A stretch of DNA of 64,000 nt. It comes from a virus. Lineage: Duplodnaviria; Caudoviricetes. Below, piece after piece: positions 8,157 to 17,512 of the stretch. Location of the stretch: positions 64,001-128,000 of IMG/VR virus record IMGVR_UViG_3300049988_000286, one strand, 5' to 3'. The notes beneath the pieces are model-generated. The model saw nothing but the letters and a program-made list of their open reading frames with translations. It searched no databases and was not told the DNA's origin. Numbering within the stretch: the first letter of the stretch is position 1; the number at the start of each line of letters is the position of its first letter. The position numbers and the translations under genes were made by a program.

Positions 8157-9367
8157 TGCCACGGATCACTGCATGGAAGAGCACGGAGACGGGCACGATC
8201 TTCGAGCACGAGAGCGACTACCGCGCTCATCTCGACGGCCTCGCCAAGATCAAGGAAACGGAGGCACGGCACCGCGACGCGCTGGTAAAGGCAGACGAGG
8301 CGCTGGCGTCTCTCTACCTGTGTCGTTCTCACGGCGAAATCGCGGCATGGCTGATCGAGAACAGTGACGCCTTTATCGAAGCGCAAATCGCGCGGGGACA
8401 CTTTCGTGAGTGGCGAGGGCCGCGCCGTAAGAAGCTGCGCTTCACCGAGGTGACCTTCGAACAGATACGCTGGGAAGGCGACCTCTCAAATTCACACTCG
8501 AATCCCATGGGGCGAGTATCAAACTGGGGTGGATGCCTCCCCGAAGCACCGCGTTCCTATCCCGGCTGGTCGTCGAGAATACGGTTTCGGCTCAATCGAG
8601 AGATCGATACCTTCAGTTCTGATCTCTTTCGCGGCACTGGTATCCATCCCGGCACCGGCGGAAGCGGGGATTACGATTGCAAGCTGTTCGCCGACGACTT
8701 CCCCGCCATGCGGGCGTGGGAGAATCGTGCTAATCCGCGACTGCGGCAGCGCAAGAACGGCGCTGTCATTGTTGACGAGCGAACCGTCGCGATCTCGGAG
8801 ATCATCTCCTCACCGTCATCGAGAGATGGGATAATGGTTCGTCGCGGCGACCTCTTCATCCCGATTGAGAAGTCGGATCGTCCTCTCCCCTCCACGATCG
8901 ACCAGTGGCTCCGCGACCACGTGGGTTGGGACGACAACCATGAGACAGATCATGACCGCTTCATCTACGATCGCGGACCAACGGGTCCAGCGGTGCCGAT
9001 CGGTGACCTTCCCGGTCCGCGTCGGCGCTACTCCTACGACGCCGAGCGACAAACCATTTTCTTCCACGACATCCGCGATGCTCGGAAGTTCAGGGCAGTG
9101 TTTGGCAACCTTATCAACAACGCGCGGCTAATCAACTACCGGCATGGGGACGAAACCGCGCGCGCTTTTCTGCTCTCACATCAGGACGTGGCTTACCATT
9201 CCGTCTGTTCGATTTGGGGTGAGACCGATCTCGGTCATGACCGCACAGGGCACTGGAACCTCTTCCGCGACGAGCAGGAGCGGCTGATGTTCCAGATCGT
9301 TCGTCCCGAAGCGGTGTTCTTTTACGCGGCCGATCTCGATATTGCACAACGGGGCACAGGTGTGTAA
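8156..9367 (+). CDS. hypothetical multidomain protein
   Basis: 403-aa ORF; internal WLRDHVG...FFHDIRDARKFRAVF resembles the DAxLF domain. Confidence 0.7.
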   Translation: MPRITAWKSTETGTIFEHESDYRAHLDGLAKIKETEARHRDALVKADEALASLYLCRSHGEIAAWLIENSDAFIEAQIARGHFREWRGPRRKKLRFTEVTFEQIRWEGDLSNSHSNPMGRVSNWGGCLPEAPRSYPGWSSRIRFRLNREIDTFSSDLFRGTGIHPGTGGSGDYDCKLFADDFPAMRAWENRANPRLRQRKNGAVIVDERTVAISEIISSPSSRDGIMVRRGDLFIPIEKSDRPLPSTIDQWLRDHVGWDDNHETDHDRFIYDRGPTGPAVPIGDLPGPRRRYSYDAERQTIFFHDIRDARKFRAVFGNLINNARLINYRHGDETARAFLLSHQDVAYHSVCSIWGETDLGHDRTGHWNLFRDEQERLMFQIVRPEAVFFYAADLDIAQRGTGV

Positions 9368-9516
9368 GGTCGCGGCCTGATGTTCTCTATAACTGGGGAG
9401 GGTGTCATGTGAAGGTTGTTTGGGGCTTATTACAGTCCATCTAACGGCTGGTGTAATGGCCAGTCTATCGACCGTGGGAGGTGGTGACCCACCAGTAGTA
9501 ATATTGTATGCACCAT

Positions 9517-9536
9517 GGGGGCGGGGAACCGCCCCC
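9517..9536. terminator. GC-rich hairpin directly before a TAAATA motif
   Basis: GGGGGCGG-GGAA-CCGCCCCC. Confidence 0.5.
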
Positions 9537-9546
9537 TAAATAGTAC

Positions 9547-9628
9547 GGGCTAGTATCGCCGCCGTTTTCTAAACGGTCGTTAAAAGCGTAATTGGAGTAT
9601 GCGGGTTCGAGTCCTGCCTAGCCCGCCA
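9547..9628 (+). tRNA. D-armless tRNA-like RNA, anticodon UCU
   Basis: Acceptor GGGCTAG/CTAGCCC, G73, CCA; T-arm GCGGG-TTCGAGT-CCTGC; stem GCCGT/ACGGT with loop TT-TCT-AA; only 7 nt where the D arm should be; TAAATA 4 nt upstream. Confidence 0.6.
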
Positions 9629-9629
9629 T

Positions 9630-10079
9630 CTATCGACAGCGTTTCAGAATCCTGATCGTAAACGCGCCGCCGCCGTGCTTCTCCACGCAGGAGTGAACGC
9701 GCGGCAGACCTTCCATCCATCGCTCAAATTCACGCCTGATCTGGCCCGACTTGCCGGTGATAATCGTCATCGACTTCCGGCCAGAATTCTCCACGAAGTC
9801 GATCGAGGCCCGGTAGGCATCAGTGACGGTGAGGCCATGTAGATCGAGCGTGGAGGGCGATACTGGCAGGGGGATGGGTGCGTGAGGCTTTTGGAGAAAA
9901 CGGCTCGCGACCGGGCGCTCCGCCAGCGCTTTGGTGATCTGGGCATCAAGGGCCAGCGTCTCTGTAAATTGCGCACGAAGTTCCCCCTCCGTCAGGGGTC
10001 GAACCTGTTCAGCGCTGCTACGCTCCAGAGGCTTTACAGTTTGCTTGACCGCCGCCCACCATTGATCGCCTCTGTTCAT
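9630..10079 (-). CDS. Smr domain endonuclease
   Basis: TLDLHGLT...IITGKSG...HGGGAFTIRI Smr signature. Confidence 0.85.
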   Translation of the reverse strand: MNRGDQWWAAVKQTVKPLERSSAEQVRPLTEGELRAQFTETLALDAQITKALAERPVASRFLQKPHAPIPLPVSPSTLDLHGLTVTDAYRASIDFVENSGRKSMTIITGKSGQIRREFERWMEGLPRVHSCVEKHGGGAFTIRILKRCR

Positions 10080-10558
10080 CAGCGATAGAATACATGACCA
10101 CCGATACGGTAGCCAGTTCTTTTGAGCCGACGTGAGCAGAAACTCAACGCGCCACGGCTCGCATCATCACTCGAAGCCATCACGGCGGTGGCGACGCCGA
10201 TCGCGGTGGTCCACATCGATGCCGTTCTCGGCAGCACCGGCGTGGTGCCACGCAGGAACGAGAATTGCCCGCGCTGGAACAGTACCGCGCAAATGGTGGT
10301 GGGGTAGCGGGGGGAGCGGGTTCGATTCACGAGGACGTGCCCAACGGCGCGCTGACCTTCGATCGGCTCACCACGAGCCTCGAAATAAATCGCCAAGGCG
10401 AGACAGGCTGCTTCGCGACGGTTGGCTTCTGGAACTTGCTGCAAGGACGAATGGGGGAGTAGACCGTCGATCCAAGCTGGCACCGCATGTGCGGGCGAGA
10501 TAGCGAAAAATAACACCAATACGACTAATAGTAGCTTTCTGAAAAACAAACCCAACAC
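10079..10558 (-). CDS. cell wall hydrolase, SleB/Hydrolase_2 family
   Basis: Signal/TM segment; CLALAIYFEARGE...GQ.AV..V..NR...YP.TIC.V..Q..QFSF. Confidence 0.9.
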   Translation of the reverse strand: MLGLFFRKLLLVVLVLFFAISPAHAVPAWIDGLLPHSSLQQVPEANRREAACLALAIYFEARGEPIEGQRAVGHVLVNRTRSPRYPTTICAVLFQRGQFSFLRGTTPVLPRTASMWTTAIGVATAVMASSDDASRGALSFCSRRLKRTGYRIGGHVFYR

Positions 10559-10769
10559 CTATGAGTAGTTGAGGGGATATTTAATCAAATGTTACAACAA
10601 TTTGGAACAAAATGTCGTCGAACCGTTACTCTAACGGGGCGAGTTGAGGGAACTATGTAATGATTTGAATATTGCAGCCGGGGCTGGGGCTCGTTCATAA
10701 GGGTTTGCGGGACAGAGGTCTGCATCTCGATCTCCCCCGTCCTATCAGAGATGCTTATAAGAGACTTGT

Positions 10770-11042
10770 ATGCGCAAGAACGAGAACATCGATAACTTCC
10801 GACAGTGGCTCGTCGCCCTGCCGGTCAACTACAAGCCGAGCCTCAAGGTCAACGGCAACGGCTATTCGACCGCCGTAGTGGTCGTGGACTTCGGAACCCC
10901 GAAGGAGGGCGTTCGTCTCACCAGTGAGCAGAATAGCGAGCTTGGTGCCCGGATGAAGGAACTCACCACGACGCTGACCGGTCGTCGCAGTGTCCGCGTC
11001 GGCTATGACAACAACGCGGGTGTTTACTGGACGAGCATCTAA
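10770..11042 (+). CDS. hypothetical protein
   Basis: ORF followed by a terminator. Confidence 0.65.
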   Translation: MRKNENIDNFRQWLVALPVNYKPSLKVNGNGYSTAVVVVDFGTPKEGVRLTSEQNSELGARMKELTTTLTGRRSVRVGYDNNAGVYWTSI

Positions 11043-11047
11043 CGACT

Positions 11048-11072
11048 TGGGGGGCTGCGTGCCCCCCATTTT
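11048..11072 (+). terminator. rho-independent terminator
   Basis: TGGGGGGC/GCCCCCCA stem plus T tract, between convergent genes. Confidence 0.7.
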
Positions 11073-11529
11073 ATTTCAACTCTTCGATTGTATGACCATC
11101 AGCGGTCTGATGCTTTTCTGTCCGATGCGTGAGGCGCAACATCGTGGCATCCACGTCGGAGAGACCAAGGATGCGCAACATTCCTCCCTGTAGGAGGAAG
11201 CGTGTTGTCTCCGCGAAAACGAAGTTGATATGACCGAGGCTCACCTCGCCGCCGTTGAGGTAGAAGACGCTTGGAGTTTCGTATCGGCTGTTGATCAACA
11301 ATGCGCGCTCACTATCCGCCTCTAGTGCGGTGAGATCACCCAAATCACCGCTCTGTTTGAACTCACCTCCCGGTGGAATGACTGCACAACGTGCATTGAT
11401 GACAGCGAGGTCGGCATCTTGTCCGAAACTCTCCGGTGGTTCACCCTCGACGAACGCGAGGAGCGCCTTGATCTCGGGAACCGAGATTTCCGTGCCATCC
11501 TCGACTTGTAGGTGCAACACAGCAGTCAT
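11071..11529 (-). CDS. hypothetical protein
   Basis: ORF in overlapping operon. Confidence 0.6.
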   Translation of the reverse strand: MTAVLHLQVEDGTEISVPEIKALLAFVEGEPPESFGQDADLAVINARCAVIPPGGEFKQSGDLGDLTALEADSERALLINSRYETPSVFYLNGGEVSLGHINFVFAETTRFLLQGGMLRILGLSDVDATMLRLTHRTEKHQTADGHTIEELK

Positions 11530-11861
11530 TGAGAAATCCTCATCAGCATAGCGTCAGTTTCGGTAAGCCCATAGATGTTAATCTGTTCACCGCTGGGATC
11601 GAGTGATAGCGTGGCGGTGCGGGACAGGGGCACCTCGATCTTATTGATCGTGATATCTCCATCATCGAATGTGAGGATGACGAGACACTTCCCCTTGGCG
11701 GTTATCGCCATCATTGATCCGGTGGTCACACCGATATAGCCGCGAGATTGTAGACCATCGATGGTTTGGGCGTTCGCGCTATCGGCGGTGAGCCGGGGGA
11801 AGAGGTCGAGCAGGGCTGTGACAGGCACCGCCTTGTCGGGCATAATCTCGAATTCCCACAT
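11526..11861 (-). CDS. DAxLF-like hypothetical protein
   Basis: C-terminal LTETDAMLMRI. Confidence 0.55.
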   Translation of the reverse strand: MWEFEIMPDKAVPVTALLDLFPRLTADSANAQTIDGLQSRGYIGVTTGSMMAITAKGKCLVILTFDDGDITINKIEVPLSRTATLSLDPSGEQINIYGLTETDAMLMRISQ

Positions 11862-12109
11862 CAGCTATGATCTCCACTCTTACCCCAGCGTAGCACCAAG
11901 AGATCGAGATCACCAGCGTCGGTGAGATTGACTATGATGCGCTCGTTGAAGAGGTAGGTGATCTCGAATCCATCTTGGAGATTTTCGTTGCACCATAGGC
12001 GCAGTTCCGCCATGAACTCACGGGCAGTTACCTCGCGGTTTGTCCAGCCACGAGCCCAATACCGCCGGGGTGGTTCGTATTTGAAGATGGTGGTGTAAAT
12101 CATAGGCAT
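11861..12109 (-). CDS. DAxLF family member
   Basis: WCNENL...LTDAGDLDLLVLRW. Confidence 0.65.
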   Translation of the reverse strand: MPMIYTTIFKYEPPRRYWARGWTNREVTAREFMAELRLWCNENLQDGFEITYLFNERIIVNLTDAGDLDLLVLRWGKSGDHS

Positions 12110-12318
12110 GGCGCACCAAAGCGCATGACGAGAAGATCGAAATCATCCTCGTCGCGAAGGACCACGACGGTGCGACCTTGAGTCCAGCAGCCTTGAGTGA
12201 TCTCCCACCCGCATTGAAGATTAGCGCGGCACCAATCCCGAACACCCCGAGCCCCCTCCGGCACCCGATATTCCTTCGGCCGTCCGGAGAGCACTTGGTA
12301 ATCCACACCTGCGATCAC
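12100..12318 (-). CDS. DAxLF family member
   Basis: WCRANL...LRDEDDFDLLVMRF. Confidence 0.65.
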   Translation of the reverse strand: MIAGVDYQVLSGRPKEYRVPEGARGVRDWCRANLQCGWEITQGCWTQGRTVVVLRDEDDFDLLVMRFGAPCL

Positions 12319-13694
12319 AGCTTGGCTTTCTTCAATGCGTCGAGTTCATCCAAGTAGATGTCGCGACGGCGCTCCGGATCAGCCATAATGGCACTGTATT
12401 CGACCACCCGCGCCTCGATCTCCGCGATCTTGGTCTCCACCTCGGCTTCGAACGCCTTGGTCCAACGATAGGTGGGCAGCGATACGGCGCGGTCGATCTG
12501 GCTATCATCGGTCAGAAGCTTTGCTTTCTTGCCGACCGCGACGACATCCACTTCGACGGCGGCGCGATCCGCGAAGGTGCCAAGCTTCTTGGTGAACCCG
12601 GCGCGGAACAATGCCCGCAGCAACTTCCAGTAGATGAGATCACGATTAGCCTCATCGAGAAGGCGAGCGTAGCGCTTCTCATACCACCCGAGCCGCCATT
12701 CGGCGAAATCGCGGATCAGCGCCACGGCGTTGTCGTAGGTGCCGATGTTCTCGCACGCCCAGTCCACGACGGTGATGCGCTCGGTGACCTTCTCGCGTAG
12801 CTTCAGAAAATCGACTGCCTGACGCTCCGACCAGCCCTTGACCGTGCCACGCTTCATCTGAATCTCGACATCGATCGTATCGGCGGAACCGTCGAGGAAA
12901 TTGATGATCTCGTCGCGTTCCTCCATCTGGATCAGTCGCTTCTTGAAATCTTCAAGCGAGCATCCCGGCGGTAGTTCTGTGACCCGTAGCGTCGAGGTGT
13001 TCTCCACGGTGACCCGGCCGGTGAACTCATACTGGGAATCACCCAAGGCAGTGACGGTGATCGCATAATTGTTATACTCGGGCCGGGGCTCGGCAATCTT
13101 CTTCGTGCCACGGAGCGCCGCCTGTGTTGCAGCAATCAGGTCGGGGAGGGCACGGGGCAGGATTTTGGTCGAGAATCCTACCGCTACACCCTCGACGCCG
13201 TTGAGGAGCACGACCGGGATGAGGGGCAGGAAGTGGATGGGGAGGACGTTCGAGCCGTCGTAGTTCTCCGTTTCGGGGACGAGGGCGAGATCGTTGTAGA
13301 GGAAGGCCTCTCCCGCTTTGCTTCGCCGCACTTCCGTGTAGCGGGGTGCCCCGATACCATCCGGGATGGCGCGCGAGCCGAACTGCCCCAGTCCCTCGAT
13401 CAGGGGGACGTTGTTCTTATACGGGGCGCACAGGTAGCCCACTGCGTTACCCGACGAGGCGTCGCCGTGCACGTAGAGGCGTTCCGCCGCCATCAAACCG
13501 GTGAGACCGATCGTTTTGGTCTTCTCGGCTTTGTTGCGGAGCAGCCACAGGGCGATACGCTGAACAGGCTTGAGACCATCCCCGACATGGGGGATGGCGC
13601 GCTGCATGGCGACGTAGATCGCATATTCGCGCGAACCCTTGAGGAGGAACTCCGAAGGGGTCTGCGGGATCGGTGCTTTGTTCTTCATCGCCAT
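12315..13694 (-). CDS. type II DNA topoisomerase, GyrA/ParC-like subunit (T4 gp52-like)
   Basis: RAIPHVGDGLKPVQR, YVHGDAS, GQFGSR, APRYTE; no GyrA C-terminal pinwheel. Confidence 0.95.
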   Translation of the reverse strand: MAMKNKAPIPQTPSEFLLKGSREYAIYVAMQRAIPHVGDGLKPVQRIALWLLRNKAEKTKTIGLTGLMAAERLYVHGDASSGNAVGYLCAPYKNNVPLIEGLGQFGSRAIPDGIGAPRYTEVRRSKAGEAFLYNDLALVPETENYDGSNVLPIHFLPLIPVVLLNGVEGVAVGFSTKILPRALPDLIAATQAALRGTKKIAEPRPEYNNYAITVTALGDSQYEFTGRVTVENTSTLRVTELPPGCSLEDFKKRLIQMEERDEIINFLDGSADTIDVEIQMKRGTVKGWSERQAVDFLKLREKVTERITVVDWACENIGTYDNAVALIRDFAEWRLGWYEKRYARLLDEANRDLIYWKLLRALFRAGFTKKLGTFADRAAVEVDVVAVGKKAKLLTDDSQIDRAVSLPTYRWTKAFEAEVETKIAEIEARVVEYSAIMADPERRRDIYLDELDALKKAKL

Positions 13695-13695
13695 C

Positions 13696-15573
13696 TTAAA
13701 TCCCCATCCACTTCTTACGGTCATCGGCTCGGCTTGCATTAAAGAGAAGGTCGAGCGCCTCCTTGAGTTTGCCGTCCTCGACGATCGGGGTCAGCTTCGG
13801 ATCGGCCAGAGCATTGACCCAATCGGGCTTCTTCAACGCCGCCAAGCCTTTCGCGCGGGTGATCTCCCACCCCTTCATCTCCTGTTGATCAAATGTCTGA
13901 TAATCATCCTTGTACCAGTATCGCCGCTGCTTCCCCTTCGATGCAATAATCAACGGAGTGTCGAAGACGTAGATGAAGGGATCACTGGGGTCGAACAATT
14001 CCGGCCATAGCTGGTAGAAGAAATTCACCAAGAGGCTTGTAATATCTTTGCCGTCTTCGTCAGCGTCGCACGTGATATAGATTTTACCGTAGCGGAGTTT
14101 CGACCTTACGGCGCGCTCGCCACAACTCAAACCCACTGATCGCATGATCTGCAACAAGGCTTCGTTGGACGCGATCGTCTTCAGCGATGACTTGCTGGGA
14201 TGGCAGTTCAGCACCTTACCCCGGAGCGGCAGGGCACCATGGAGGTTCTTGTCACGCGCCTCGATAAAGCCAGAAATCGCCGAATCACCCTCCGCGAGCA
14301 ACAATACGGCGTTGCGACGCACGAGACCGATCGAATCGATGAGCTTCTCGACCTTCTGCTTGCGGCCCGCCTTGTTGATCTTTGCCAACTCGCTGGCATC
14401 CTTCTTCATGGTGCGCTCTTCGCACCGGGTGAAGATGGCCGCGATCCAATCGGGGTGACGCTTGATCAAGTCCTTGTAGAAATCTGGGTTTTCGAGGTGG
14501 CGCTTCATCACCGAAGCGACTTCCTCGTTGATCAGACGAGTCTTCGACTGCGAATCAAAGTTTGGAGCCGTCATATTGGTGATGTTGTAGATAAACATGC
14601 CATCTTGGATGTCAGAACGATTCGGCGCAAGCTTGCGCTTCTTCGCCTCTCGCTCCAGCCCACCTAGCATCCCCGCGTAGAAGAGACGCCGGAAGGCATC
14701 GACGTGAACGCCACCATTGAACACTGGGATGTTGTTGACGAGCGAGTGGATGTGTTCGACACCCTCGTTCCCGTAGGTGATCCAGAATTTGCTCCGCAGC
14801 GTGCCTTCGTTGATCTCAACACAGATGGGCTTCCGGCCGGGAAAGAGCGTCTGCTCCTGCCGGGGCTTGACCTTGATCTGCTCGCCGTTGTAGAAAATCT
14901 TCAAGGCAGGATTGCAGATCGCGATCTCGGTTACGCGCGACCGCACAAAGTCCTCCGGCAAGATGCGCGACTTAAAGACTTCGTTACTGGGCAGGAACTC
15001 GATCTTGGTTCCCGTCTTGTCGCTCTTCACCTCGGTGATCTTGGGTTTGGCGATGTCGATCTGTTTACTGCCCGGCATTCCCTCCCGGTACGTCTGGGTA
15101 AACTTCTTACCGTCGCGATGAATCTCGACCTTGAACCATTCGGCAGTGATAGAGACAGCCGATGATCCGATGCCGTTGACACCCGCGACTTCACCACGCT
15201 CATCGAAGTTGCGACCGGCGCGAGGCTCGGTCAGCACCATGGTGGCGAGATACTGGTTGTGGGCCTTGTCGAACTCGATCGGGATGCCGCGTCCATTATC
15301 AGCGACAGTGAAGATCAGCTTCTCTGCATCGAAGCCGACATCGATCCGGCTACCGTGGCCGTGGCCAACTATCTCATCAAGGGCGTTGTCGATGATTTCG
15401 CGCAAACAGGTGAAGAGAGCGGGGGTCCAAGTCACCTCAACAACACGAGGCTGAATGTCCTCGCTGTAGAGAACGATTGATTGAACGTGGGGTTCGATCG
15501 AGCCGAGATACATGTTCGTGCGAAGACGAATGTGCTCGTAATCGGTCTTTTTCTTAATTCCGTGGGTGGTCAT
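13696..15573 (-). CDS. type II DNA topoisomerase, ATPase/TOPRIM subunit (T4 gp39+60-like)
   Basis: EHIRLRTNMYLGS, EIIDNALDE, DNGRGIP, G.NG.G, AEGDSA, PLRGKVLN, DADEDG, KGLAAL. Confidence 0.95.
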   Translation of the reverse strand: MTTHGIKKKTDYEHIRLRTNMYLGSIEPHVQSIVLYSEDIQPRVVEVTWTPALFTCLREIIDNALDEIVGHGHGSRIDVGFDAEKLIFTVADNGRGIPIEFDKAHNQYLATMVLTEPRAGRNFDERGEVAGVNGIGSSAVSITAEWFKVEIHRDGKKFTQTYREGMPGSKQIDIAKPKITEVKSDKTGTKIEFLPSNEVFKSRILPEDFVRSRVTEIAICNPALKIFYNGEQIKVKPRQEQTLFPGRKPICVEINEGTLRSKFWITYGNEGVEHIHSLVNNIPVFNGGVHVDAFRRLFYAGMLGGLEREAKKRKLAPNRSDIQDGMFIYNITNMTAPNFDSQSKTRLINEEVASVMKRHLENPDFYKDLIKRHPDWIAAIFTRCEERTMKKDASELAKINKAGRKQKVEKLIDSIGLVRRNAVLLLAEGDSAISGFIEARDKNLHGALPLRGKVLNCHPSKSSLKTIASNEALLQIMRSVGLSCGERAVRSKLRYGKIYITCDADEDGKDITSLLVNFFYQLWPELFDPSDPFIYVFDTPLIIASKGKQRRYWYKDDYQTFDQQEMKGWEITRAKGLAALKKPDWVNALADPKLTPIVEDGKLKEALDLLFNASRADDRKKWMGI

Positions 15574-15655
15574 ACTTCCTTTCATTACCGCGTAGAGTTC
15601 CCCGCGCGCAATATACTTGATCGATGGCCGTATATAGTCCGGAGATTGATTTGGC

Positions 15656-15683
15656 TTGACTCCGAACTGCGGCGTGGTAAGAA
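15656..15683 (+). promoter_or_regulatory. sigma70-like promoter
   Basis: TTGACT-N16-TAAGAA, 7 nt before ATG 15691. Confidence 0.4.
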
Positions 15684-15690
15684 CGCTGCT

Positions 15691-16095
15691 ATGGGTATCG
15701 CGCCGATCATCAACCGCAACACATGGTTCCCCAGCTTCTTCTGGTGGCTTCCGGCTGACGCCGTTCTGGTTGAGGAAGCGGAGCAGTTGCTCGTCAATTC
15801 CGAGCCATGGCTGTGTATGAACCCCGATGTCTGCTTCTACATGCGGGGGCTGCAATGGTGGGAGGTCAAGCGCCGCGCCAAGCGATTGGGTGATCGGATG
15901 GTGGCCGTCGTCAGTGACTTGGCGTATAAGGACGCGGCTCGTTACAGCGACATCAAGCAGATCATCGAGCGTTCACCAGTGCCGGTCCGCGTGCACCTTC
16001 GCTACACAGTAGGGCGTAGCACGCTTGCCGCCGACGCTGCCTTCATCGAGTTCATCGACGCCGCTGATGCGACACTGTTCAGGCTCGCGCTATGA
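15691..16095 (+). CDS. DAxLF family member
   Basis: C-terminal FIDAADATLFRLAL. Confidence 0.65.
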   Translation: MGIAPIINRNTWFPSFFWWLPADAVLVEEAEQLLVNSEPWLCMNPDVCFYMRGLQWWEVKRRAKRLGDRMVAVVSDLAYKDAARYSDIKQIIERSPVPVRVHLRYTVGRSTLAADAAFIEFIDAADATLFRLAL

Positions 16096-16388
16096 TCGAC
16101 AACCAGACTTTGGAGCGCCTCGTCGATGAGATGACCGGCGGCACTTTCGACCCACTATCGTACCAGACGGTATTGGATCATCCCACGCTGCCTTTGCGGC
16201 TCCGGGCTGGTTCACCGATTGCGGATCGCTGGTCGGAGCGTACCGAATGTGTGCTATCGGGTAGCGGGTGGCGGTATAGCTTTCGTGCTATCAAGACCTT
16301 CAACGTGTTTGAACAGGATAATGTTAACCTAACCGGCAATTATGCGCGTTTTGAGGAAGACATGACCTTGGTGACGCTATGCCTCTGA
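16092..16388 (+). CDS. DAxLF-like hypothetical protein
   Basis: FEEDMTLVTLCL; ATGA overlap. Confidence 0.6.
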   Translation: MIDNQTLERLVDEMTGGTFDPLSYQTVLDHPTLPLRLRAGSPIADRWSERTECVLSGSGWRYSFRAIKTFNVFEQDNVNLTGNYARFEEDMTLVTLCL

Positions 16389-16702
16389 ACCTTGGTCTTG
16401 ATCGTGACACGCTGCTGCGCGTCGTTGACCATCTCTTGGGCTGTGAGATGGCTACCCGCTTTGGTCGGCCAACCCAGCCCATGATCGCGGTGACGCTTAC
16501 GAAGAAGAGTGAGAAGGTCCGCCGCCTCGTCGATGGAAAGACGCTGACCCAGTGTTGCTGGCTCAACGGCAAGGGATGGTCGTTGTCCTTTGTTCGACGC
16601 AACCACAATGGCCGATATACGATCGACTGGAACTATAACCTCATGGGCGATGAAGAGGCGTTCAACGCTGATTGGCTCATGCTCACCTTGGCGCTCCGAT
16701 GA
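16379..16702 (+). CDS. DAxLF-like hypothetical protein
   Basis: FNADWLMLTLAL; similar in layout to the preceding gene. Confidence 0.6.
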   Translation: MPLNLGLDRDTLLRVVDHLLGCEMATRFGRPTQPMIAVTLTKKSEKVRRLVDGKTLTQCCWLNGKGWSLSFVRRNHNGRYTIDWNYNLMGDEEAFNADWLMLTLALR

Positions 16703-16980
16703 AATACTCTGCGCCGAAGTTCAACTTCCACGATCCGATTACCGCTGCGCAAATCCGTCACTACACCTCTGTGTCTTATCGCGGGCTGCGCGACGAAATC
16801 CAACATTGGGGCGAGGCGGATCGTTTCGTGGAATTGGAGCGCTGCTATACCCCCGAGACGGTGCGAAAGATCATCACTCGGTCGCCGGTCAATGTGCGCG
16901 CTCATATCACCAGAGAGCATCCCACCTTGCTGGAATTCCAAGACGTGAACGACCGAGACATTTTTCTTCTTGCCAGATAG
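16699..16980 (+). CDS. DAxLF family member
   Basis: FQDVNDRDIFLLAR; similar to 15691 gene (SP V.VR.H). Confidence 0.65.
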   Translation: MKYSAPKFNFHDPITAAQIRHYTSVSYRGLRDEIQHWGEADRFVELERCYTPETVRKIITRSPVNVRAHITREHPTLLEFQDVNDRDIFLLAR

Positions 16981-17018
16981 CCGCTAATCAATTATACGGC
17001 GGGTCAAGGAGAACACTG

Positions 17019-17234
17019 ATGTCGCTCGAAGCCCTGATCAAGAAGCACCGCCCGGCAATCGACGCCATGACCGATGGCAGCGACATCACCGATACCGTCT
17101 ACGACGACTTCTACGACTATTACCTCAATGCTGGCGCGATCCCCTACGGGACCGCGAAGGCTCGCGACGGCGATCCCTATTGGTGGGTGGCCGCTCGCAT
17201 CCTCGAAGACGCCAAGAAGGAAACGCTGTTTTGA
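17019..17234 (+). CDS. conserved phage hypothetical protein
   Basis: PYGTAKARDGDPYWW motif; AAGGAG RBS. Confidence 0.7.
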   Translation: MSLEALIKKHRPAIDAMTDGSDITDTVYDDFYDYYLNAGAIPYGTAKARDGDPYWWVAARILEDAKKETLF

Positions 17235-17512
17235 TCACCGATCGCGTCGCCAAGCAGATTGAGCGCTCGAAGCAGATTCGGCGTGAACTCGCCCAGCCCC
17301 GTGCGACCAATAACGAGGTCGAGACGCTACGGGCGACGCTCGCCGACCTCGGTCAGCGTCAGGCGGAGCGTGAGCGTATCATGCTTGGTACGATCGGGGA
17401 GCGCGACACCGAGATCAACCGTCTGCTGCGCAACCTGCGTGTCATCCGCCACCACGGCGACGAGAAGATCGCCGAGATGGCGCAGCGCGCGCTCGACGGT
17501 GACCGCCTCTAG
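17231..17512 (+). CDS. coiled-coil hypothetical protein
   Basis: TTGA overlap; heptad-like composition. Confidence 0.55.
   Translation: MITDRVAKQIERSKQIRRELAQPRATNNEVETLRATLADLGQRQAERERIMLGTIGERDTEINRLLRNLRVIRHHGDEKIAEMAQRALDGDRL

Noticed and set aside
12315-15573. Bacterial gyrA/gyrB (cellular chromosome)
   Set aside because: Short subunits lacking the GyrA CTD, adjacent to rIIA/B and late-promoter motifs; fits phage type II topoisomerase.
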